Below are positions 52,907 to 63,477 of a DNA stretch of 64,000 nt, one piece after another. The notes below the pieces were generated by a model, which saw only the letters and a list, made by a program, of their open reading frames with translations, ran no database searches and was not told the origin of the DNA. The stretch's first letter is position 1, and each line of letters begins with the position of its first letter. The translations under genes and the position numbers were made by a program. Source of the stretch: Macrostomum lignano (Eukaryota); NCBI GenBank assembly GCA_002269645.1, contig NIVC01003089.1:56202-120201 (forward strand), in the 5' to 3' direction.

Positions 52907-54190
52907 ATGGCTTACGGATTCAACCCGAGACTCGATTTGTTCAAGTCCCCCATGCTGCAGACTGCCATTGAAAAATCCACATATGTTGATATTCACCCCG
53001 TGAACTCTATTGCTACTAACTCACCTATTGAATTCGACTGTCATCCATCGGCTGATGAGTACACTGATCTGCTGAGCTCATTCCTGTATATTCGCTGTCG
53101 CCTAGTCCGGCTTGGCGGGGCTTTGATGAGGGAGGAGGTTCGAAATGCCGATGGAGTTGTCACTGAGCGCAGAGACAGTGGGGTGCACCCAGAAAACTTT
53201 GTCCTGTCTACGGCATTCTCAGATGTAATCGTGAGCATCAACCAGCGCATTGTATCAGGTGGAGACCAGCTCTACCCCTACCATGCCTACCTAAAAGCTC
53301 TCATGGGCTCATCCGATGCTCAGCAGTTAAAGTTCTACCCCGCCGGATTCCTGGAACCCGAAACTGCTGCTGAGGGGCATGCCGAGAGACACAGGGAGTC
53401 CCGCTGGGTGGAGTATGCGGGACCGCTGCTCAGCGACATCTTCCAGTGTCCTGTTCTGCTGCTGAACAATTTACACCTGCACATCAAGCTGATGCCCAGT
53501 GATGCTGCATTCGCCATTCGAACCCCAGATGATAACAACACAGCCTACCGAATGGAAATCTCCCACTGCATTCTGAACCTGCGCCGAGTCAAAGTGGCAC
53601 CTCACATCAGCCTGGCGCATGAACAGGGACTGACCAATCAGAACGCACTCTACCCCATCGAGCGAACCGAAATGCAAAACTTTATTCTACCCCAGGGAAT
53701 TCAGTCAAAAAACATTGAAGGATTCACCCATGGCAAACTGCCGAAGTTCGTTATGCTGGTCTTCGTGAACCACCGAGCCTTCAATGGCCATCACCATTCC
53801 AGCCCTTTCGAGTTCCAGAGCTTCAACCTCAGCCAGCTAGCACTAAAGAAAGGTGGTGAAGCCATGTGCCACGCTGCATTTGCACCTGAGAATAATTCAT
53901 TCGTGAGAGAGTACTTGCACTACCTGAAAAGCTGTCAGTCAGCCAGCCCTAGCAACTCGGTTCCGTGGGTCCCCTACCAGTTGTTCTCCAACGGCAACAC
54001 AGCTTTCGCATTCGATCTCACGCCTGAGGGAGCGGCCCTGTGGTACGGACAGAAGGAGGGCAATTTGCGGCTGGAGATTCGCTTCCGACAGGCCCTGGAG
54101 GAGCCTGTATCTCTGATTGTTATGTGCCTGTATGACTCACTGATTGAGGTCACCAAGCACAGGGAGATTCTGTTAGATTTTCCATCCTAG
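52907..54190 (+). CDS. Major capsid protein (hexon/PY, double jelly-roll)
   Basis: LDLF..P.LQTAIE.S.YVDIHPV....SPIEF, YPYHAY, LNLRRVKV, SPFEFQSFNLSQL, FAFDLTP, GNLRLEIRF motifs; 427 aa, intact. Confidence 0.93.
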   Translation: MAYGFNPRLDLFKSPMLQTAIEKSTYVDIHPVNSIATNSPIEFDCHPSADEYTDLLSSFLYIRCRLVRLGGALMREEVRNADGVVTERRDSGVHPENFVLSTAFSDVIVSINQRIVSGGDQLYPYHAYLKALMGSSDAQQLKFYPAGFLEPETAAEGHAERHRESRWVEYAGPLLSDIFQCPVLLLNNLHLHIKLMPSDAAFAIRTPDDNNTAYRMEISHCILNLRRVKVAPHISLAHEQGLTNQNALYPIERTEMQNFILPQGIQSKNIEGFTHGKLPKFVMLVFVNHRAFNGHHHSSPFEFQSFNLSQLALKKGGEAMCHAAFAPENNSFVREYLHYLKSCQSASPSNSVPWVPYQLFSNGNTAFAFDLTPEGAALWYGQKEGNLRLEIRFRQALEEPVSLIVMCLYDSLIEVTKHREILLDFPS

Positions 54191-54213
54191 GAGTACGCTG
54201 GCGCAACGCTAAT

Positions 54214-54732
54214 ATGGATGCTTTTCAACTGCTTAAACTGGCTAAAAGCTTTTTGCCACAAAATAACTGTTTAATTATTGTCTTGAATTCAATAAATAAA
54301 ACATCTTATGCTTTAAACTTTATTCAGCGAGCAACTCTCAAAAGAAATTTATCTCGATGTAAGTTTATTTTCTTTCTGCTTCAGTACAGCTCATCCTTCG
54401 GTCACTGGGTGGTTTGTTATGCTGATAAGGAGAATTCCATAGAACTCTTTAACTCTCTGGGCTGGGACTCCAGCACTTTAGAGATCATTCACAGAGCACT
54501 GAAATCCTTTTGGTATTCTCCATTCTACTTACGTAGCAATGTGAATCGAATTCAGAGCTGTGACTCTGCTAAATGCGGTTTGTTCTGTCTCTTGTTTGCC
54601 TATCAAAAGTTTCGTTTCAAGCGCTCGTTTGAGTGGGTTCTGCGGCACCTCCATGCAAATCAGCAGAGCCACTTGAATGAGAGAATGCTGCAAAGGTTTG
54701 AGAGTTGCTTAAGAAAAAAGAAATTTAATTAG
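54214..54732 (+). CDS. Adenain-like cysteine maturation protease
   Basis: GHWV (His), ELFNSLG (the usual acidic position is N), IQS..S.KCGLFCL (oxyanion Gln and catalytic Cys). Confidence 0.88.
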   Translation: MDAFQLLKLAKSFLPQNNCLIIVLNSINKTSYALNFIQRATLKRNLSRCKFIFFLLQYSSSFGHWVVCYADKENSIELFNSLGWDSSTLEIIHRALKSFWYSPFYLRSNVNRIQSCDSAKCGLFCLLFAYQKFRFKRSFEWVLRHLHANQQSHLNERMLQRFESCLRKKKFN

Positions 54733-54765
54733 ACTTTCAAAATTAGGGATTTAGCTCAACAGGCG

Positions 54766-55419
54766 ATGGAAACACGTGAGCGGATAAACTGTTATGATGT
54801 GCGCCTGCGACAGGGAAGCTGCATGATTGTCAGCGGGCCTACAAATGCAGGAAAGACAACCTTCGTGAAACATCTGATACAATACAAGGATGTCCTGTTT
54901 GATGTGAAGCCTGGGAGAGTTCTGTGGTACTACGGGATTTCACAAGCAGCACACTCTGAGCTCAGCAGTCTCGGCGTGCACCTGCAGCAGGGATTTCCCA
55001 GCAGTATCGAGACCGCACTGAGACCCAATGACCTGGTTGTATTTGATGACCTGATTGAAGAAACTTCCAATTCTGCTGCAATGCGAAATGTTTTCACTGG
55101 AATTGCCCATCATTTGCCCTGCTTTCTGGTTATGCTGACCCAAAATGTATTTTTTAAAGGGAAGGAGTTGCGAACAATGAGTCTGAATGCGATGTACTTT
55201 GTGATCATGAAGAACCCCAGAGACCAGCTGCAGATTGCAGCGCTGGGCAGGCAGTGCTTTGCTGAGAAGCCCGGATTTCTGCTGTCAGTGTTCAAGCACG
55301 TGACATCGCACGGCAGGGGAGCCTACCTGCTCCTGGATTTTCACCCTTCCACCCCTGATGAGCTGCGGGTCCGGGCTCGAATCCTGCCCAATCAGCGACC
55401 CCACCTGGTTTACACTTAA
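54766..55419 (+). CDS. A32/FtsK-HerA-like DNA packaging ATPase
   Basis: Walker A GPTNAGKT, Walker B LVVFDD, HH...LTQN, RTMSLNAMYFVIMKNPRD. Confidence 0.95.
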   Translation: METRERINCYDVRLRQGSCMIVSGPTNAGKTTFVKHLIQYKDVLFDVKPGRVLWYYGISQAAHSELSSLGVHLQQGFPSSIETALRPNDLVVFDDLIEETSNSAAMRNVFTGIAHHLPCFLVMLTQNVFFKGKELRTMSLNAMYFVIMKNPRDQLQIAALGRQCFAEKPGFLLSVFKHVTSHGRGAYLLLDFHPSTPDELRVRARILPNQRPHLVYT

Positions 55420-55436
55420 GAATAACAGCCGAGATT

Positions 55437-55784
55437 TTGCCATTTGTTCTATATTCTGCAACACTAATGATAATGGAAACCTTTGACTCACATGAAAGTT
55501 TGTTTGATGTTCTCGCGTCACCGAAATATTCCATCAGCTTTAAACGTCTGTTGATCAGAGCGGGTCCAAAAGCCGTACGTGAATTTCTCATTGAGGCCTG
55601 CTACAACCTATTGCAAAACACTCTGTCGTTCTCACTCACTCAAAAGGCAGCGCTGGTGAAGCAAAAGCAAATAATCCGCAAAATTTCTACACATAGAAGA
55701 GCTGCGGATCTGCTAAATACGGGTTTTATCAAAATTCTCTACATTCTAATAAAGCTAGTGAAGAAAAAGAAGCAAAATGAATAA
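55437..55784 (+). CDS. Conserved small Polinton protein (likely start at an internal ATG near 55468)
   Basis: Resembles the recurring Maverick ORF pattern L..L....R..I..A....I..L.E..YN.L...L...QK..L.K.K..IRK with a hydrophobic C-terminal helix; recalled pattern, not searched. Confidence 0.6.
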   Translation: MPFVLYSATLMIMETFDSHESLFDVLASPKYSISFKRLLIRAGPKAVREFLIEACYNLLQNTLSFSLTQKAALVKQKQIIRKISTHRRAADLLNTGFIKILYILIKLVKKKKQNE

Positions 55785-56498
55785 GTTCTCAGAAATGGTT
55801 CTGATCCCCAAGTCAGAGTACGACATGCTCACACAGAATTTGAAGCCAGTCGAGTCTGAAATGGACACTGCTGTGAGATATGCGCAGAGGAAATGCAATG
55901 ATATTTTGCTTGCCGAGGATTGCCCAGACGATGTGAAAGCTGCCATGTACCATGATGCGATGAAGAGTTTGCTGGTCAAGCGCAAGCGGACTGGAAAGGA
56001 TGGTGCGGTACCTGCGAGTGATGCAAAGATGCTGAAAACAGATATTGCACCAAGCAGCTGGGGGGAAAAGATCACCCAATCCGTGCCGCAGAAGTTTAAA
56101 GCGAGAGCCCGCAGTCTATGGGCCATCCTATCTGGCAATCCTCTCTGATTCGGGTGTCCGAAAATGGCGAGGCGCAAATTTCTGGGAAGACAATACCCTC
56201 CTCAAACATCCTGGATTTGTTTCACAGTGCGGTGAGGGATTCGAAATGTGCCAGCGAGCCGGTAGGCTGGAGTGAGTTTGTCTCATTGCTTCAAGACAAA
56301 AAGCTTAACATCCCAGCTTCGGCTATAGGAAAGTCAGTAAGGCAGCTAATTTCTAAACCGGCTGTTTCTCCAGAGGCCACCCCTGCACATCATACAGTTA
56401 AGGGATTCGGGAGTGGGAGAGCCTGGCTACACCTGAGCAGGAAAAAAAACTATTTAAGAAGGGGAACTGAGTCGGCTTCCCGACATCTTGCGTCTTGA
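55777..56498 (+). CDS. Conserved uncharacterised Polinton ORF split by one frameshift at ~56140
   Basis: ORF 55777-56148 (MVLIP...SVPQKFKARA) continues in frame 56118-56498 (SNILDL...PVGWSEF..LL...NIP..AIG); restoring one nucleotide in CCTCTCTG joins them. Confidence 0.65.
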
Positions 56499-56510
56499 AA
56501 CCATCCGATC

Positions 56511-57356
56511 ATGAACTATATTGACTTCCAAGGCTTCCCACGCGAGAGATCGAGCAGAGATTTCGTTGTGAAGGAGCTGGCCATTGCCCAAGTCCGGGCT
56601 GGCAGTTACCATATCACTCATCACGTGTACGCCTCTCCGTTCTCATGGGACAGAATCTCACCTGAGATGCAAGTACATTACAGAAAGCTCTCAAAGAATT
56701 TGCATCATTTCAAGTGGACAGATGGATCCCGACCGTACATGCATTTGGCTAATGACATTCTAAACATTGCTTACGGTCCCACCTGGACAAGCGGGGTGAA
56801 AAAGTCCATCTTTCTGACTGAGCTGCTTGGCAGACAGGTGTACAACCTAGAGGATCTGGGATCACCTTTGATTCAAGCATCTGATACTGGTTGTGCAGTG
56901 AAAAATGTATTACTGTACTACAACTGGCTGAAACCGAAGTTCTGTATCAACTTAAGAAGCGAGGTGTGCCCGCACCACTCAAAAGCTCGCAAAGACAGCA
57001 CCACTGACAGAAAGGACTCTCTAAATGAGTACACCTGCGACAGCCCTGCGAGTGACCAATCTGGTCGGCGGCGTGGATCTGAGACTTGCTGGAGACAGGG
57101 GTGCCCAGTTGCCTCTGCGGGAACTGGCTCTCAGCATGGCTCATGTCATCTATCGCCCCGTCTGGCCCCGAGTGCTTATCAAGAGGATGCGGAGTCCCAG
57201 AGTGACTCTATTGCTCTATCCGACTGGACAACTGAGTATCTGTGGCGCCCGGAGCTACTCGGCCTCAGTCAGGGCCGCTCGTCGCTTCGTGGCTATGCTG
57301 CATCGCAGAGTGCCTGCTCAACTGCTGCCTCATCAAACTGTGCATGTGCGGATTAA
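56511..57356 (+). CDS. DnaQ/DEDD-like exonuclease-fold protein; the true 3' end may be near 57024
   Basis: N-terminal IDFQGF...FVVKELA, HH.KWTDG, NLEDLG.P, CAVKNV..YNWL pattern; the last ~110 codons overlap the TBP ORF. Confidence 0.55.
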   Translation: MNYIDFQGFPRERSSRDFVVKELAIAQVRAGSYHITHHVYASPFSWDRISPEMQVHYRKLSKNLHHFKWTDGSRPYMHLANDILNIAYGPTWTSGVKKSIFLTELLGRQVYNLEDLGSPLIQASDTGCAVKNVLLYYNWLKPKFCINLRSEVCPHHSKARKDSTTDRKDSLNEYTCDSPASDQSGRRRGSETCWRQGCPVASAGTGSQHGSCHLSPRLAPSAYQEDAESQSDSIALSDWTTEYLWRPELLGLSQGRSSLRGYAASQSACSTAASSNCACAD

Positions 57357-57588
57357 AACTATTACTGCGCATGGGAAAATTGACTTGTGCAGAGCACTTC
57401 CCCTCGCTAATCTTGTGAACACTTTACCAAGTGCTCAATATGAGCCAGAATCATTTTCTGCTTTAATCTGCAAACTAAGCTTCTGCAAATGCCTGCTTTT
57501 TCACAATGGCTCATTCGTTCTCAGTGGTGCAAAAACAATGAGCATGCTAATTTCCGACTTTTCCTTGCTTGTCCGTTTTCTGTGCTAA
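57025..57588 (+). CDS. Divergent TATA-binding protein (TBP) homolog
   Basis: Two TBP repeats: TNLVG...Y.P...LIKRMRSPRVTLLLYPTGQLSICGARS and IKTITA...YEPESFSALI...LLFHNGSFVLSGAK; 187 aa, intronless. Confidence 0.88.
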   Translation: MSTPATALRVTNLVGGVDLRLAGDRGAQLPLRELALSMAHVIYRPVWPRVLIKRMRSPRVTLLLYPTGQLSICGARSYSASVRAARRFVAMLHRRVPAQLLPHQTVHVRIKTITAHGKIDLCRALPLANLVNTLPSAQYEPESFSALICKLSFCKCLLFHNGSFVLSGAKTMSMLISDFSLLVRFLC

Positions 57589-58302
57589 TAATAACCATAT
57601 GTTTCAACAATTAAATAAAAAGACGACAGCTGAACAAAAATATAATAATCTTGCATGCATATACCACGTATTAAGATGCGTGCATTTTAATCAATATACC
57701 TGAAAATCAGACTTCGATCGACTTTTTCTTTATTTTCATAACTGAAATCGCAATATTAGTTTGAGTATAGAAAATTTAATCAGACCACAACCAACTCAAG
57801 AAAAAAAGCACACCCATCACTCAGATTATGCACTGCTAAGACAAAAACGAACAAGAACTAGCAGAAATGAAAAAGGAAGCCAATATTTTTCAGATAATCA
57901 TTGGATAATGGTTACAAAAAATATGAGTAGCAAAGCTAGCAAAGATAAAAAAAGGACAGTAACTCAGTTCATTCAATTGTGCAAAAATTCAAGGATAATA
58001 AAAAAGAGGAAAGCCAGACCAATATGCCGCAAATTATTCCAACATGGCTTTCACAAGTTCGTATTGAAATAAATCTGGAACAACTCAACTCGAAAATGTT
58101 ACGTTCAGTTAGTTGCTTAGAGACTACAAATATGTAACTAACTGAATTGGCTCTATTCGTTCCAGCATTGTCATTATCATCATCATCCATCATTATCATC
58201 ATCATCATCATTCAGATTAATTAAACCACTGAAACAATTCATGGAGTACATAAGTAAAAGTCAATAAATTTCAACGCCAAGGTTACACAGATGTGCAAAG
58301 CA

Positions 58303-61300
58303 TCACTCTAAGCAGTCCGCTGTCCTTTTCGGACTACCCCTGATTAACAGCTGAAAGTGGCCGAACGGAAGACTTGAATTCGAGCCAGTCCACGCTCGCT
58401 TGTCCTCCCAGATACTGAGAGCGAGCTTACGTTGCTCAATGGTGAAAACGCGATGTTTCTCACTTCCAATTCGACGAACAGTGAGCGACAGCTTTGAAGC
58501 CCCCTTGAAAATCTTGACGTAGTCGTCGTGGGAGACTTCATTCTTCAGCACGCTTCGTTGGATGCCTTTTGCTTTTGCTTTGCATGCCGCCGAGCTTTCA
58601 GCGAGGAAAGAATAGAGCTTGGGCCTTAGCAGCACCCACTCAATCTGTTGCAGTCCACCAGCTTCATCTTTAATGCAGCCTAGCTTGGCCTTTAGCCGAT
58701 TCGAGAAGAGAGGATGATTAGTGAAAAATTGGAGGTGTCCAAGAGGCCTTCGGCATGCAGGATTGGCAGCACTTCTCTCTGCAAACTAAGGTTCTCTAAG
58801 CTCAAAAACAACGAGTCTGTATCGCCACCGCAAACTCGAACTCTTGCTCCATCACGGAATTCTAGCATGGGTTTTATTTTGTCATAGTAAAGTCGATACA
58901 TGATGATCTTGGAGCGATCTAGAACACACTGCCCCATGAAAATTGGCGATCAAGAGTTACTTCGCGCTTTTGAAGCTCAAAGATGCTGAGTGACGGCGTA
59001 ATGATTGTGAATGATGCGACATTTGGTTGAGAAGAAACAGTCTTGGCTTTTTTCTTGTCACTGCACACTCTGATGTCCCGCCGCTTGCGCACGTTCTCCA
59101 TTGTTTTGCCAAACAGGGAGTTATTTTTCAGTTTATAGAAATCCTTCTCGAAATCATTTTTCGCCATAGAGCGCTTCTCGCTATTCATCTTAATGTAGTC
59201 CGCGAAGACAGGTTCTTGCCTGAATTCGATCATCCTGTGGAGCCCATGCAACTTCATTCCGTGCGATAGATAGAATCGGAGAGCAGACGAGTGCAGTACA
59301 TAGGAAAACTTGTTGTGGCATGTGAGCATTAATTTTTGTACTCCACGGTAGCGCGCAACGGTAGGATTCTCAGTCGTGTTCGCGTCGGGCTGCTGCTGCT
59401 GATGATGCTGAGAATGATCATTGTCATGTTGAAGCAGTACCCATAATTCTCGCATGTACTGCGGAAATTCTTCAAAATTCGGACACCTTTTCTCTGGGGC
59501 GAATGGAAGATCCTCCGTTGCCGTGTGGATTTCGGCTGGGTAGAGCAAATCCGCTTCGACAAGGTAGCCGATTGGAGCGTCATCATCCAGGGAAAGAAAG
59601 CGGCACTCGGACCATGAGCAGAGCTCCTCTTGACTGAGCCAGCGAAAGCCACCAACAGGTAGGGGCATTGTGAGCGCATGACCATAAAGTTATTAGCATC
59701 AACAGCCAGTAAACTCCTACCTGCTGGTTCATTATCATCATCGCTACTTTCGCTCTGGACATGATGTACATTGACAAAAGACATTCCACCCCGAATTCCT
59801 TTTCAAACATTTTATACATCTCGAGGTCAGTTAGCAGTTCGATCTTGACTTGAGAAGACTTTAGTGCAGAAGCGAATGATAGGCCTGGAGTTGACACAAA
59901 ATGCACCGGATCTAGCTTGTCTTCCTGCAAACTCAGCCTTCGAAACCCTTCAAAGATATCTGCTAGTTGCCTGATGTCCAGCTCCAAGTAGCAGAGCATG
60001 TAATCGCGCAATGTTGTAGATTCGAATTCAGTCCAGGCCTTCTGCGCATGCCGATACTCCGCCTCGGTACAGTGGCTGTTGGTGAGTCGGTTAAAAAAGC
60101 TTTCTACTTTTGGTAGTTGGCGATCATCAAGCACATTCAAATTCGAGAGATAATCATAAGGGAAAACTCCCTTACTAAACAGTACATCGCTTGAAGATTT
60201 GGATACTTTGATCGCATCGCATTAGTGATGGACAGTTGTCCTCCGGCAAGTTCTTAATAAGTTGAGAAGACTGCTGTGTAGGAATTGCAGTGAGTCGATG
60301 AATTGTAGCGTGAAAAACAGGGGCTTTTTTACGCCATCTTTCTCATACTCATCAATCTGGAACTCGACCCTCATGGAGAGGTACGACTCAGGCAGTTTGG
60401 GGGATGACGCTCACCCTCCAACCAGTCATGTCACCCAGCGCAGTTGAGAAAATCAAATGCAGGTCATATCCGCGAAGATTGTGGAAAACTATTGGCAAAA
60501 ATCGCCGTTTTAGCCGAGCAAGCTTGTTACACGAAGCGCAGGCAGCACCCTTGTATTCACCGCTGAGGTGGTCGTGATCCCAGTGCTTGTCAGAAGATGA
60601 AATAAACACTGCATTGCATAAATAGCACTGTGGGCATCTTGAAAGCTGCGCCTGTTGTCATCTCTGTTTCTGTCAGCAATCTGATGACTAAACTCGGTAT
60701 TCCAACCATAAACTTCACGAGCAAGACGTTCGAGTGAGGCCAAAAACTGTTTCACGACAGAATTCGGATTGGGTCCGCTGCAGAGGAAAACATCCTCACT
60801 CGGCCTCAGAATTTTGCTGCTCATACCCTCTCTTGGAATAACAATGTAGCCAGCAGCTACAGGTACATGCTCAGTTAACTTGGTGACAGTAACTTCTCTT
60901 TCAGACTCACTGGTTCACGTGGGGTGTTCAGAGCTTCAAAATCTGCGTAGACAACAAATGGGGGACTGATTGTCTTTTCCCAAGCCATGAACTGCATTGT
61001 GTTGCTACTTGCATCAGGCATGCGCTCCATGATGGCTGGTTTCAGTTGAGGATTGCAGCTGTCTCGATGCTGCTCCAACTCTTCCTGGATCGAAACGGAG
61101 AAATGCACTTCTCACACCATTTGCGATTCCTCAGACCTTTTTTGCTGTTCAGGAGCCGGTCCAGGTTCGAAACTGCACACCAGTGTCCAGTCCCACAATT
61201 CTCATCACCACCATCATCATCAGCATCATCGGAGCTGGAGTTGCGAAGCAAGAGTAGAGGAATAACCTTGCGAGAGGCACAAATCCCAGGAAGAGGCTGG

Positions 61301-62049
61301 CGAATGACATAGGCCTCATCATCTTCCCAGCTAAAAACTGTGAAACAGATTTCGGAATTCTTTTCCTCTATAACGTCTAAATCGGAAATTGCGACTGGTA
61401 GTGCGATGCCGCTCAGATCGATTTCATCCAACCATCTGCTGTAAGTTGTTAGTCGATGGCAAGACTTCATCACACCTGGATCTCTGTTGTGCAGGTAAGC
61501 GAGACAGGCAAACAGAAAGCAATTGTTTCCATCGCTCGGTGGGTTGATTATGGCCTTCTTAACGGCCAGCTGATTGGGCAAAGAAAAATTCGCGCATCGT
61601 CCACGATAGTAGCGAATGCGATCAGTGAGGGCAGAGCACAGATCAAAATAGTTGATTTGCTCAACTATCCAACCGCTCCCATTTGAATTGTAGGCATCAA
61701 TCTTGCGTTCCAGCTCAGAAAACTGCTGCAACCACCACAATTCAAAATCTCTTAGATCAGAGAGAAGCTCAAGACCGCATGCGATCCACTTATCTTCTGC
61801 ATTGATTACCGCAGCTTCCTTGATTCTCACCATTCTGATGTTGAACTTGAGCTGCGCTCGAATAGAATTATTCTCGGATGAATCGAATCTCATCTCAACA
61901 GCCTGTAGCACTGCAAACTTCGTTGATGATAAAAAATGAAATGGCTCGAGACCTCTTGATGCTGGAGTGAAGCGTCTGACCTGCAGCGTGTCATCATGCG
62001 CACTAGCGTGAATAGCCGAGCTGAATTGAATGCCTGCATGAATTAGCAT
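58303..62049 (-). CDS. Protein-primed family B DNA polymerase (pPolB), interrupted by about ten 1-nt frameshifts in this sequence
   Basis: In order: GSGW, NNCFLFACLA, VYADFEAL, CYLC..DHDH..G.YKGAAC..CN, FHNLRGYD, FIDSLQFL, KGVFPYDY, DANN(LYG), KLKNNSLFGK, DTDSLF, RPKLYS, KAKGI, EDKR. Confidence 0.93.
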
Positions 62050-62135
62050 GTTGTTGGGTGTACGCGTTTCACTCGACAGTTAAAATTTATAAATCATAAT
62101 CCTAATTCCACCTCATTATGGTGCGGGAATCGGTT

Positions 62136-62690
62136 AATCAGGAATCAGTGAATCGGGAATCGGCGAATCGGAATCGGTGAATCAGGAATCGGCGAATCGG
62201 GAATCGGTGAATCGAATCGGAATCGGGAATCGGCGAATCGGGAATCGGTGAATCGGGAATCGCGAATCGGGAATCGGTGAATCGGAATCAGTGAATCGGA
62301 ATCGGGAATCAGGAATCGGTGAATCGGGATCGGGAATCGGAATCGGTGAATCGGAATCGTGAATCGGTGAATCGGAATCAGTGAATCGGTGAATCGGAAT
62401 CGGTGAATCGGAATCGGTGAATCCGTGAATCGGGAATCGGTGAATCGCTAATCAGTGAATCGGGAATCGGGAATCGGTGAATCGGTGAATCGGTGAATCG
62501 GATCGTGAATCGGGAATCGGAATCGTGAATCGGGAATCGGCGATCAGTGAATCGGTGAATCGGTGAATCGGAATCAGTGAATCGGTGAATCGGGAATCAG
62601 GAATCGGTGAATCGGCTGAATCGGTGAATCGCGAATCGGTGAATCGGTGAATCGGGAATCGGTGAATCGGCGAATCGGGAATCGGGTTTC
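62136..62690. repeat. Irregular (GAATCGG/GTGAATCG) short-unit satellite just upstream of PolB
   Basis: Directly visible; begins about 90 nt from the PolB ATG. Confidence 0.93.
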
Positions 62691-63477
62691 GTGACTACTT
62701 TTGCTTGTATTTATAGAGGGAAGAGTCTACTTTACTGGCTTTACTAATCACATTGGATTGACTCACTGGTTGGTTCGATTTCGATAGCAAAATTGGTAGA
62801 CTCAAGCGGCCGATCACTTGCTGATGATGATGATGAAGTGTCTCTCGAAGAAGCCATCTCGGTTCGGTTGATGACACGGCTTAGAGCATTTTCGATGAGA
62901 ATTAGATGAGGAAATTTGCTGAAATACATATTTGTGAAATTATTTTTTCTTGCAAAAGTAAATTCAAATCCCTAATTTGTGGATATACGCTCGTATTAAG
63001 TGTACATATTTTCGAAAGTTGTACTTCGGGTCTTGTCGTTACGTATTTCGGGTGTCATAATAAAGGGTCTATAAAGGTTTAATAAAAGGGTCTTATAAAC
63101 GAATTCTAAAATATTTCAAAATAACTCAAAGCTGAAAACTTTTCCAAAATTCTGCGCTTCATTGCGCTTTAAAACTTATATTTTAAAAATGCAATGATAC
63201 GCTACATTATTAGAAGCACAAGTTAAAGAAGGAGATTGCAAACCCAACAGAATCAAACCCAATCTGCATTCACACCCAAGCACAGCAATTGATCAACGCG
63301 CACTGCCTGCATAAATATGAACTTTAAAAATAGCAATGAGATGTTGAAAAGAAAAATAAACATTATTCACTTTTCAATTATACGGATAATCATCTCGCAA
63401 TTTAATTCAACACAAAATTTGCTAAATTAATATTTAACGACTGGTAATTAAATTATTAGTTTAGAATTGAGAATTGC

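Noticed and set aside
57761-58211. ORFs 57761-58072 (+) and 57969-58211 (-) between the convergent element genes
   Set aside because: AT-rich, non-ATG or microsatellite-derived starts; more likely shared terminator/UTR sequence.
62690-62700. GACTACT after the GAATC satellite as the right Polinton end
   Set aside because: It does not match the reverse complement of the left terminus beyond CTACT, there is no TSD, and element-like coding sequence continues to 64000.
62695-62929. Two short minus-strand ORFs (60-61 aa)
   Set aside because: No motifs; partly (TCA)n-derived.
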